From a virus (taxonomy: Duplodnaviria; Caudoviricetes), in the IMG/VR virus record IMGVR_UViG_3300036982_000202, positions 1 through 24,895 of that record: DNA of 24,895 nt; one strand, 5' to 3'. The notes below the pieces were generated by a model. That model saw nothing but the letters and a program-made list of their open reading frames with translations. It did not search any database and was not told where the DNA came from. The translations under genes and the position numbers were made by a program. This document shows positions 18,110 through 24,895 of the stretch, piece after piece. Numbering within the stretch: the stretch's first letter is position 1; every line of letters begins with the position of its first letter.

Positions 18110-18282
18110 AATCAGACTCAGCAGTTCCAGGCTTGTTCATGCTGCTTGCCTTGGCGGGTATCGCAATCTTTGCGGTGACCTGCTCGTCATGCGCTACCAG
18201 CGAGGCTTTCCCGTTCCGTGGTGAGTTTGGCTACACCCCAGCAACGGGTCAGTTTGACGTACAGATTCGTTCGAGCAAGTAA
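18106..18282 (+). CDS. Small putative lipoprotein, spanin candidate (58 aa)
   Basis: MKSDSAVPGLFMLLALAGIAIFAVTCSSCATSEAFPFRGEFGYTPATGQFDVQIRSSK: hydrophobic leader plus lipobox-like SSC. Not in the ORF track. Confidence 0.55.
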   Translation: MKSDSAVPGLFMLLALAGIAIFAVTCSSCATSEAFPFRGEFGYTPATGQFDVQIRSSK

Positions 18283-18296
18283 GCTCCATAGTCGCC

Positions 18297-18857
18297 ATGA
18301 GACGCGAAGCCATCATTGATATCCAGCAGAGGATTGGAGTAGTCCCAGATGGTTTCTGGGGCGTTAAATCCATCGAGGCTTGCCAACGTCATTGCCGTCG
18401 ATTGATGCCGATACCCAACCCATGGCCTGCGCAGTCAGAGGCAGCGTTAATTGGTTTCTACGGTATGCACGGCAACGAGAACAAATTAGTTAACTTATTC
18501 GTGGGTGACCTAGATGTACAGTACGATGGTAAAAAGGTAAAAACCATGCGTGTACACGGTAGGATCGCAGCACCGCTAAGAAGGGTACTAGAAGGGGTCG
18601 CTACGGTGTCGCCAGAGACTTTGCGGGAGTACTTCGGTTGCTACAACAACCGCCCTATGAGGGGGCTTAATAAGCCTTCCTTACACGCCTACGGTGCAGC
18701 AGTTGACTTCCGTGCAGATACCAACGCAAACCACCAGCACTGGCCTGCTTCCGCTGATATGCCATTTAATGTGATCGAGGCTTTCTCCCGCGAAGGATTT
18801 CTGTCAGCAGGTGTATGGTGGCAAAGGGACAGTATGCATTTCCAAGCAACAACTTAA
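18297..18857 (+). CDS. Endolysin, M15-family Zn peptidase with short N-terminal peptidoglycan-binding motif
   Basis: IQQRIGVVPDGFWG; YNNR; SLHAYGAAVD (SxHxxGxAxD); DSMHFQ. Confidence 0.9.
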   Translation: MRREAIIDIQQRIGVVPDGFWGVKSIEACQRHCRRLMPIPNPWPAQSEAALIGFYGMHGNENKLVNLFVGDLDVQYDGKKVKTMRVHGRIAAPLRRVLEGVATVSPETLREYFGCYNNRPMRGLNKPSLHAYGAAVDFRADTNANHQHWPASADMPFNVIEAFSREGFLSAGVWWQRDSMHFQATT

Positions 18858-19147
18858 TGGTAATACCTAAAAAAGTAACGATTGGTGGCGTTACTTTTAA
18901 GGTAAAACGTACCAAAATTGATGCATATGGTGAGATGGATTTTGAGGTGCGCGAGATCACTATATCAACTTCTATAAAGGATAACTTAGTCGCCATTGAA
19001 ACTTTACGGCATGAAATGATTCATGCCACACTCGCACTAGCGGGACACTCTTGGGCTGAGAACTACGACGAGGAGGCACTTATACGGTGTCTAGAAAACA
19101 TATTCTTCCCAGCGTGGGATCAACTAACTAAAAAGCATGGCATATAA
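18857..19147 (+). CDS. Small HEXXH zincin-like metallopeptidase
   Basis: ATG at 18857 (TAATG overlap with the endolysin stop); TLRHEMIHA and downstream DEE. Confidence 0.75.
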   Translation: MVIPKKVTIGGVTFKVKRTKIDAYGEMDFEVREITISTSIKDNLVAIETLRHEMIHATLALAGHSWAENYDEEALIRCLENIFFPAWDQLTKKHGI

Positions 19148-19865
19148 ACGATTCCTAGTGTGCGCCGACAATCATGGTCATTTGGTCGACACCGAAGCAA
19201 TGGTCAAACTCATGGCGTTTGCCGATAGTTGGAAACCACATTACAGGGTGCATTTAGGTGACCTGTGGGACTTCTCTCCTTTACGGAAGGGTGCTTCACC
19301 AGAAGATCGAGCTGAGGGTATCTCCATGGACTACCTTGCAGGGATGACATTCCTTGATGCGTTTAAGCCGAACTACCTGACCATTGGCAACCATGATGAC
19401 CGCATCTGGCTAGGTATGCATAGCGGTGACGGCATCTTACAAGAGCGTTGCGCTGAGTTGGTCAAGCACTCTGAAGAGCAGTTTAAGAAGCGTAAGATTA
19501 CATGGTGTCCGTACCATGTTTCAAAGTATTTACAGTTGCCAGAGGGGGGGCCTAAACTACTACACGGATTCCGTGCTACGATGTACCCAGCTCGATCCCA
19601 CTACGAAAACTGGGGTAGTTGCCTAGTAGGTCACGTCCACAAGCCAGACATCTATTCAGCTCGGCACATCGACGGGTCGCAAGCGTTTAGTCTAGGTTGC
19701 ATGGCAAACATCGACGCACTAACCTACGCAGACCGTCATGCCGCGAAGCTATCATGGAGAAACGGCTTCCTCTACGGAATTATTAACGATAAGACCGGGG
19801 CATGGAACGCTTGGAACGTAACAAAAGAAGGTGACGATTGGATTTCACCACAAGGGATTTTATGA
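19137..19865 (+). CDS. Calcineurin-like metallophosphoesterase
   Basis: All five motifs present: ADNHG, LGDLWD, GNHD, LHG, GHVH. Confidence 0.9.
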   Translation: MAYKRFLVCADNHGHLVDTEAMVKLMAFADSWKPHYRVHLGDLWDFSPLRKGASPEDRAEGISMDYLAGMTFLDAFKPNYLTIGNHDDRIWLGMHSGDGILQERCAELVKHSEEQFKKRKITWCPYHVSKYLQLPEGGPKLLHGFRATMYPARSHYENWGSCLVGHVHKPDIYSARHIDGSQAFSLGCMANIDALTYADRHAAKLSWRNGFLYGIINDKTGAWNAWNVTKEGDDWISPQGIL

Positions 19866-20236
19866 AGTATCTACTTATATTACTACTAGCAGGTTGTGCT
19901 ACAACGCCAAAGAATCCTGAGAAGTATATTGAATGGGAGAACAACTCATGCCTACCCACAGCAATTACAATGCACTATGGGCTACGCAACTCAACCAAGT
20001 GGAGCGAAGTTTTGTTGTACCAGTACACTTCCCTAAAAACTGGAGAGACCAAGGGTCACGCAGTTTGTGCATACATTTACCCGATTGGATCGAACAAGCT
20101 GTGGGTCTACGATTACGAGGGATCGACTCGTATTAAGGCATACATTAACGATCCACTAGAGATCGCCCAGCTCGCAGAAGTTGCCCGTGGACGTATCGCA
20201 AACCAAGTAAGCCAAGCAGAATACCTAAAAAAATGA
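19862..20236 (+). CDS. Lipoprotein with putative Cys-His-Asp (transglutaminase/papain-like) triad
   Basis: ATG at 19862 (ATGA overlap): MKYLLILLLAGC lipobox; NSCLPTA, GHAVC, WVYD. Confidence 0.6.
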   Translation: MKYLLILLLAGCATTPKNPEKYIEWENNSCLPTAITMHYGLRNSTKWSEVLLYQYTSLKTGETKGHAVCAYIYPIGSNKLWVYDYEGSTRIKAYINDPLEIAQLAEVARGRIANQVSQAEYLKK

Positions 20237-20463
20237 AATCGACAACATTGAATAAGACACTGACAGACCTTGATTTCGCCTTGTCCCAAGCACCTGAGTT
20301 GAAGAGAGATAACGAGTTTACAATAGCGGATTTCATGGCAAAAATGGGCGTAACGGAGTCAGTATCTCGTCGCCTTTTGGACGAGATGGTGAAAGCTGGA
20401 AAGCTAGTTCGCCGCAAAGCTTTACACGATGGGCGATATGCTAGGCTTTACTCAAGGAGTTAA
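20233..20463 (+). CDS. Small winged-helix DNA-binding protein
   Basis: FTIADFMAKMGVTESVSRRLLDEMVKAGKLVRR...RLY. Confidence 0.65.
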   Translation: MKSTTLNKTLTDLDFALSQAPELKRDNEFTIADFMAKMGVTESVSRRLLDEMVKAGKLVRRKALHDGRYARLYSRS

Positions 20464-20642
20464 TCTAGTGCTGGTATTTCAAACGTGAAATAATGGTCTA
20501 GTTCCAGCAAGATTGCCGCGACTACCTCTGCCTCGATATGGTCGTGTTCAGGGTCATCAGTATGCTTGTGCGCCCTGCGTATGCCCTTGACTGTTCCTGA
20601 TTCAATCGCGTCTCTGACTATATTGTATATGTTTGGTTTCAT
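20460..20642 (-). CDS. Hypothetical protein
   Basis: 60-aa ORF (AIESG..GIRRAHKHTDDP) ending the minus-strand operon. Confidence 0.7.
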   Translation of the reverse strand: MKPNIYNIVRDAIESGTVKGIRRAHKHTDDPEHDHIEAEVVAAILLELDHYFTFEIPALD

Positions 20643-20650
20643 GGTATTAG

Positions 20651-21376
20651 TTACTGGTTATTTTGAGAGAATTTTCCATGCCATTGCTGCACATAGTGGG
20701 ACTTGTCCGTTACCAATGGCTTTAAGTCTGTCCACCCTATCGACCATCCCATCAGCCATTCGACCCACATTGGGTTCAACTTCCCACCAGCGTAAGTTGC
20801 AAGCGAAAGAGTCCGTCTTCTGTATTCTGCCGGGTAAGCTGCTTCTTTGCTGTTGTGACACGTTGGTGTAGGAAATTTTTTCTTGCTGGTTTTTACCAAC
20901 AATCCAGATTCTATCTCGTTGGTGATTTGCTCCGACATTTCCAGCTCCCAACACTCCCCACTTTGCATCATACCCCATTTCGGCAAGGTCAGCAAGGATG
21001 GTGCTAAGTCCTCTTCCCACAAGCATTGGTGAGTTTTCCACGAAAGCGTATTTAGGTCGAACTTCACCGATGATTCTCGCCATGTGCTTCCACATACTGC
21101 TTCTTGATCCTTCGATTCCTGCACCTTTTCCTGCTGATGATATGTCTTGGCAAGGGAATCCTCCACACACGATGTCAACTTTTCCGCGCCAGGGTGTTCC
21201 GTCAAAGGTACAGACATCATCCCAGATTGGGAACTTTGGCAAGATTCCGTCTCGTTGTCTTTGGAGTAAGACCTTTCGGCAGTAAGGTTCAATCTCGACA
21301 GCACATACGGTGGTATGTCCGCAAAGCATCCCGCCAAGGATACCTCCTCCCGCTCCTGCAAATAAGTGTAGCTCAT
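20651..21376 (-). CDS. Overlapping alternative-frame methyltransferase beta polypeptide (motif IX, probable TRD)
   Basis: Frame is open for 241 codons; FPTPT...GGKLNPMWVEWLMGWSIGWTDL. True start uncertain and may be internal. Confidence 0.7.
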   Translation of the reverse strand: MSYTYLQEREEVSLAGCFADIPPYVLSRLNLTAERSYSKDNETESCQSSQSGMMSVPLTEHPGAEKLTSCVEDSLAKTYHQQEKVQESKDQEAVCGSTWRESSVKFDLNTLSWKTHQCLWEEDLAPSLLTLPKWGMMQSGECWELEMSEQITNEIESGLLVKTSKKKFPTPTCHNSKEAAYPAEYRRRTLSLATYAGGKLNPMWVEWLMGWSIGWTDLKPLVTDKSHYVQQWHGKFSQNNQ

Positions 21377-21380
21377 TCAT
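20658..21380 (-). CDS. C5-cytosine DNA methyltransferase, alpha polypeptide (motifs I-VIII and X)
   Basis: LFAGAGG (I), GFPCQDIS (IV), ENS (VI), HQRDRIWIV (VIII), RLKAIGNGQV (X). No motif IX in this frame. Confidence 0.92.
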   Translation of the reverse strand: MNELHLFAGAGGGILGGMLCGHTTVCAVEIEPYCRKVLLQRQRDGILPKFPIWDDVCTFDGTPWRGKVDIVCGGFPCQDISSAGKGAGIEGSRSSMWKHMARIIGEVRPKYAFVENSPMLVGRGLSTILADLAEMGYDAKWGVLGAGNVGANHQRDRIWIVGKNQQEKISYTNVSQQQRSSLPGRIQKTDSFACNLRWWEVEPNVGRMADGMVDRVDRLKAIGNGQVPLCAAMAWKILSK

Positions 21381-21444
21381 TTATGTTGTTGTTGTTCAAA
21401 AGTGTTAAAATATCCGTAATGGATGTTCAGGTCAGCGAGCAGGG

Positions 21445-21972
21445 TTATCCTGCGTTTCCTCGTTTATCGGTCGAGGCGACTTCGTTCAGTCCATCGCTGT
21501 TTAAAAAATATCTAGCTATCAGAAATGCGTCAACCATGCCGTCATGTGGGACGGTGCATCGTTCGTTCTTGCGCCAGTCTTCACCAGCAACAAGTTCATT
21601 CGCCTTACGTAAGGCGAAAATTTTCGTTTGGGCTTTAGGTACTTTTCCTAACATCTTCTTCTGCCAGTCCAGCACTTGGACGGGCTTGACTTTAAGATCG
21701 CGTGTTTCGCACATCCCCATTATCTTGCCGAATGATATGCCCATTGAGCGCATAGCCTGTGAGGATTTCGCGTGCTTCAACGGCTCCTCAATCGCGATTA
21801 AGGGTTCAGTGTACAGGTTACGAATCCAGTAGTAGATTGTTTTGGTATCAACTTCACGCTTGCCAGCTCGCAGGAATGTTGGCATCGCCAACTTGTCGAT
21901 GATTGATCCGTCGTGCTTTGAGATCGCACAGAGTCCGCCGTCGAGTCCATTGTCTATGCCGATTATTATCAT
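21445..21972 (-). CDS. ruvC: RuvC-like Holliday junction resolvase
   Basis: IIGIDNGLDGG, IAIEE, SFGKIMG, WQKKML, HDGMVDAFLIA. Confidence 0.85.
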   Translation of the reverse strand: MIIIGIDNGLDGGLCAISKHDGSIIDKLAMPTFLRAGKREVDTKTIYYWIRNLYTEPLIAIEEPLKHAKSSQAMRSMGISFGKIMGMCETRDLKVKPVQVLDWQKKMLGKVPKAQTKIFALRKANELVAGEDWRKNERCTVPHDGMVDAFLIARYFLNSDGLNEVASTDKRGNAG

Positions 21973-21998
21973 TTAACGATACAAAGTTGGTTTGAGAC

Positions 21999-22043
21999 GG
22001 TTACAAATTGTAACCAGTTGAGTAGGTGACAAGTTGTCACCTA
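21999..22043. repeat. Two tandem related palindromes
   Basis: GGTTACAA-A-TTGTAACC (21999-22015) and TAGGTGACAA-G-TTGTCACCTA (22023-22043). Confidence 0.85.
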
Positions 22044-22052
22044 GTTGTGGTT

Positions 22053-22279
22053 TCAGTCCTCATGTTTTTTGTATTGTGCCAGCAATTTCATTGCAGTTTT
22101 TGTAATGATTTGTAGTTCGTCTGGATCAAGTTTTATTGTTTGATCGTCTTGGGTTATACGATATAGCCACCACAAGCCTCGTCGTCAATGGTGATTGTTG
22201 TGACACCCTCGCCAAATATAGGGTTGCGGTCGTCCATGTGAACTACGGTGCTTATAATGCTGGTTATGTATTTACTCAT
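22053..22279 (-). pseudogene. Frameshifted small hypothetical gene
   Basis: ATG at 22279 (ATGA overlap) gives MSKY...NPIFGEGVTTITIDDEACGGYIV, stop at 22154. The -1 frame continues ITQDDQTIKLDPDELQIITKTAMKLLAQYKKHED to TGA at 22053. Confidence 0.55.
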
Positions 22280-22563
22280 TGGTTTATGTAAGGTGAAGTG
22301 AATAATTCTTTGTTTGAACCCGAACCCCAACGGCCTATATGTTTTCGTTCTGGTTGGTTAAGTCGCACTAACTCAGCGTGTCCCGTCTGCCAAATGTGGC
22401 AACTACGGATAGCTTGGTCACGTTCGCGCTCTAGTTTTCGTGACAACAAAACGATTGGATTTTCGTATGTGGTTTTATTGTTTCCTACATAGTGATCTTC
22501 TTGCAGGAATCTGAGGTGCTTATTTTCTTTTACGCACTCGTCTGTCTCTGGTGTATCACTCAT
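22276..22563 (-). CDS. TPETD/LERER-motif hypothetical protein
   Basis: MSDTPETD...SRKLERERDQA. Confidence 0.75.
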   Translation of the reverse strand: MSDTPETDECVKENKHLRFLQEDHYVGNNKTTYENPIVLLSRKLERERDQAIRSCHIWQTGHAELVRLNQPERKHIGRWGSGSNKELFTSPYINQ

Positions 22564-22738
22564 GAATTTGTAGTGCCTTCTCGGCTTTCGCTTTAGTTTT
22601 CTCCGTTAAACCAATGCCTAAAATGTATTCCAATGCTTCCGCTAGCCTATTCCGCTCGCGTTCTAGCTTTTCAGCAAACTCGGTTGGTACAACGTGGTTA
22701 CCTCGCGCTAAATTATCGGTTTCTGGTGTGTTAGTCAT
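22556..22738 (-). CDS. TPETD/LERER-motif hypothetical protein
   Basis: MTNTPETD...VVPTEFAEKLERERN. Confidence 0.75.
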   Translation of the reverse strand: MTNTPETDNLARGNHVVPTEFAEKLERERNRLAEALEYILGIGLTEKTKAKAEKALQIHE

Positions 22739-22983
22739 TGTGCTTTATATAGTGCTTGTTGGATCAATGCTTCAACTGGACATGGCTCGAAAGCCCCGTG
22801 CTGCATGGATTTAGAGTGATGGACTTGATGGCAAAGTTTGCCAGCTAGACTAAGCGCGTTGCGTAATTCATCCCGCTCGCGTTCTAATTGCAACATATCG
22901 CACTTGAAACAGGAACCAATAGGCAAAGGTTTACCGCACTCATGTTCGCTTTGTTCAATCCAGTATCTCGATGTTCCAGTCAT
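22735..22983 (-). CDS. LERER-motif protein with Cys/His clusters
   Basis: Start at ATG 22983 (ATGA overlap); HEC...CFKC, LERERDELR, CHQVHH...H..C. Confidence 0.65.
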   Translation of the reverse strand: MTGTSRYWIEQSEHECGKPLPIGSCFKCDMLQLERERDELRNALSLAGKLCHQVHHSKSMQHGAFEPCPVEALIQQALYKAQ

Positions 22984-23354
22984 TGTGCTTCCTCCCATTT
23001 TACTATTGTTTTGAGGAATGCTTCAGCGCGTTGGGCTGCGGTTGCGTCAAATGCGTAACCAATTAGCTCTGCGTATTTGTGCATCCTATCTCCTATGATC
23101 GTATCGGTATCTGATCCTTTCATGGGTTTGCGTAACATCTTCTCCGCTTCGTGCATGGCGTTGAGGTCGTTGAGGTAGTCGGGTAACGGACCAAACCGTT
23201 TAGGGATTCCTTCAGGTCGCCCTTTACTTGGATGTGTCCCACAAAGAACGGGTGGAAACTCGTCTTCAATATCGCTTACCCATAAAGGTTGAAGACATAT
23301 GTTAGTCCACCCACACGCTTCCGCAATAGCGATTCGTTGTTGTTTTTCAGTCAT
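22980..23354 (-). CDS. Hypothetical protein, phage ABA-sandwich-like
   Basis: Start MTEKQQRIAIAEACGW at 23354 (ATGA overlap); PDYLNDLNAMHEAE and ATAAQRAEAFL motifs. Confidence 0.65.
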   Translation of the reverse strand: MTEKQQRIAIAEACGWTNICLQPLWVSDIEDEFPPVLCGTHPSKGRPEGIPKRFGPLPDYLNDLNAMHEAEKMLRKPMKGSDTDTIIGDRMHKYAELIGYAFDATAAQRAEAFLKTIVKWEEAQ

Positions 23355-23647
23355 TTTAGCACCTCCTGCACTGTAATGCGTTCCCATTCGTCGGATTCAA
23401 CATATTGTTTTTCATCTTCAACCCAAGGATACATACGTCCTGTTGGTCTGTAGTACCACATTTCAAACGTGCGCGGTTCGGGCTTAATTCGGTAATTTTG
23501 TGGCTCGTCATAAAAACCGATTTCTTCAGGTTCTCCAAAGTCCTCCCAGTAAAAATTACCAAGTTCGTCGTTACAGAATTGTAGGTTTTTGCCATCCACC
23601 AATGCTTGCACCAGTGGTAAAAATAAGTGTGCGTTTTTTTTGTTCAT
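23351..23647 (-). CDS. Hypothetical protein (YRIKP-motif type)
   Basis: QALVDGKNLQF...W.D...YRIKPEPR. Confidence 0.7.
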   Translation of the reverse strand: MNKKNAHLFLPLVQALVDGKNLQFCNDELGNFYWEDFGEPEEIGFYDEPQNYRIKPEPRTFEMWYYRPTGRMYPWVEDEKQYVESDEWERITVQEVLK

Positions 23648-23649
23648 AT

Positions 23650-23916
23650 TCAGGTAGATGGGAAAAGAAGTGATTGGACTCCCAGCATGATGTGTTTAAT
23701 TTCTCCAGATGAATCAAGGCCTGATAAGTAAAACTCTTCCGTATCAACCGAATAATAAAGATCCACAAAACTATTTTTGCACCTTACTGGTATTCCGTAA
23801 TGCTTGAGACCATGAGGGATATTGTCATTTTCAACTCGGTCTAAAAGATAATCAGCAGCTTCTCCAAGTTCCTTGTGAAAGTTTTTTAGGTAGCAATGTA
23901 TTTCTCTATCTTTCAT
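23650..23916 (-). CDS. Hypothetical protein
   Basis: 88-aa ORF with an A-rich leader, tightly packed in the operon. Confidence 0.6.
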   Translation of the reverse strand: MKDREIHCYLKNFHKELGEAADYLLDRVENDNIPHGLKHYGIPVRCKNSFVDLYYSVDTEEFYLSGLDSSGEIKHIMLGVQSLLFPST

Positions 23917-23950
23917 TGTTTTGTATTACTAATTTCGTCACCGTTAGTAG

Positions 23951-24145
23951 TTACGGGTTGTACGGATCGTCACCGTGTTGGAAATCACATTCCTCGCAGG
24001 TCATGCCGTAAAGATAATGCCATTCTTTGATTCTGTAGCACTTGTGGCAAATGTATACCTCAGTCTTGCCAAATATCCTCTCGTAGTTTTCGGCATACTT
24101 CCCGCAATCTACTTTGCGTGGGGTGCTACCCTTGCCTGCGCTCAT
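23951..24145 (-). CDS. Small GKGSxPR protein with C-terminal CxxC-CxxC zinc ribbon
   Basis: MSAGKGSTPR...ENYERIFGK...CHKC...CEEC. Confidence 0.7.
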   Translation of the reverse strand: MSAGKGSTPRKVDCGKYAENYERIFGKTEVYICHKCYRIKEWHYLYGMTCEECDFQHGDDPYNP

Positions 24146-24402
24146 CTTGATAGTTTCTCCTTAGTTTTGTTAATGCTTTCCAATCGTTCGTTTTCCTCGT
24201 GCTTCTTGACCTCATCAAGGAACATCTTATAGGTGGCGATATCCTCCTCTAGACCGTCGATCTCATCCTCGCCCATTGGTAAGGTTGGGCGTGACTTACC
24301 CGTTGACTTGAAGTGCAGTTGGTCGAAGTAGACCTTGAGCATACAAAGCAATGGTAGGCTTTCGGCGTGGTGTTTTGGTAAGTTTTTGTTTGGTAAGTTC
24401 AT
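24142..24402 (-). CDS. Hypothetical protein
   Basis: ATGA overlaps on both sides. Confidence 0.65.
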   Translation of the reverse strand: MNLPNKNLPKHHAESLPLLCMLKVYFDQLHFKSTGKSRPTLPMGEDEIDGLEEDIATYKMFLDEVKKHEENERLESINKTKEKLSR

Positions 24403-24895
24403 AATATGTCTCCTTTTCTGTAAGATTCCCAGCTAAAATGTACGCCACATCCGTTCTCCCTAATCCGATCCAGCACCGCAGGGGATAGCGACTCAGCAAA
24501 CCGTTTCCTGTCATGGTTCGAGATTAGTAGCGTTGGTTTATTATCCATGTAACGTGCGTCGATGATGGCCGTCAGCTTCTGGTCTTCAAATGCCGTCTCA
24601 CCTCGATCTTGTATCTCGTCGATGACCAGGAAGGCAGCATTACTGTAATCGTTAATAATGCCTCTCTCGGTGCGCTCAGACTCTTTCTTGTACGTCTCGC
24701 GGATCTCCATGAATAAATTCACAGCGGTCGTGTATACGCAAGGCAAATCACGTTTCACCATACCAGAGCCTCTCCCAACAGTCGTTTGATTATTCGGCGG
24801 GGTGCAGATCATAGCAATCTCGTATGCCATGCGCGTCTTGCCAGTACCGTGTTTGCCGTACAATAGGGTAATTCCACCGTTATTAGTGGATAACA
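24399..24895 (-). CDS. DnaC/IstB-like AAA+ ATPase (helicase loader type), 5' partial
   Basis: Frame is open to the window edge (LSTNNGGITLLYGKHGTGKT, Walker A); LVIDEI (Walker B); IIDARY...PTLLISN; DRIRE; WESYR. Confidence 0.88.
   Translation of the reverse strand, partial: LSTNNGGITLLYGKHGTGKTRMAYEIAMICTPPNNQTTVGRGSGMVKRDLPCVYTTAVNLFMEIRETYKKESERTERGIINDYSNAAFLVIDEIQDRGETAFEDQKLTAIIDARYMDNKPTLLISNHDRKRFAESLSPAVLDRIRENGCGVHFSWESYRKGDIL

Noticed and set aside
21104-21832. 242-aa plus-strand ORF
   Set aside because: Antisense shadow of the methyltransferase and ruvC genes, with no recognisable motifs.
24885-24893. DnaA-box-like TTATCCACT on the minus strand
   Set aside because: A single imperfect copy inside a coding region, expected by chance.
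1-24895. tRNA, CRISPR array, integrase, reverse transcriptase/DGR or stop-codon reassignment
   Set aside because: None recognised by eye. Core genes are intact under the standard code, and TAA, TGA and TAG all occur as stops.

Overview
Fragment of a tailed dsDNA phage genome, most likely podovirus-like. The + strand (1-20463) is a late block: internal virion/ejection-type proteins, terminase small subunit, a free-standing HNH-AP2 endonuclease, terminase large subunit, portal, a cluster of tiny ORFs (several very basic), scaffold, major capsid, decoration, adaptor, tail fibre, a lysis cassette with an M15 endolysin, and a four-gene accessory block (HEXXH peptidase, metallophosphoesterase, Cys-His-Asp lipoprotein, wHTH). 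The - strand (20460-24895) is an early/replication block: C5 DNA methyltransferase, RuvC-like resolvase, small hypotheticals and a DnaC-like ATPase. Most notable: (1) a candidate ~70-nt sRNA (promoter, hairpin, anti-start-codon tract, terminator) complementary to the start regions of early genes; (2) a methyltransferase split over two almost fully overlapping frames; (3) a predicted pseudoknot abutting the scaffold start codon; (4) tandem operator-like palindromes upstream of ruvC. All calls come from motif recognition and gene context by eye; no database searches were run.
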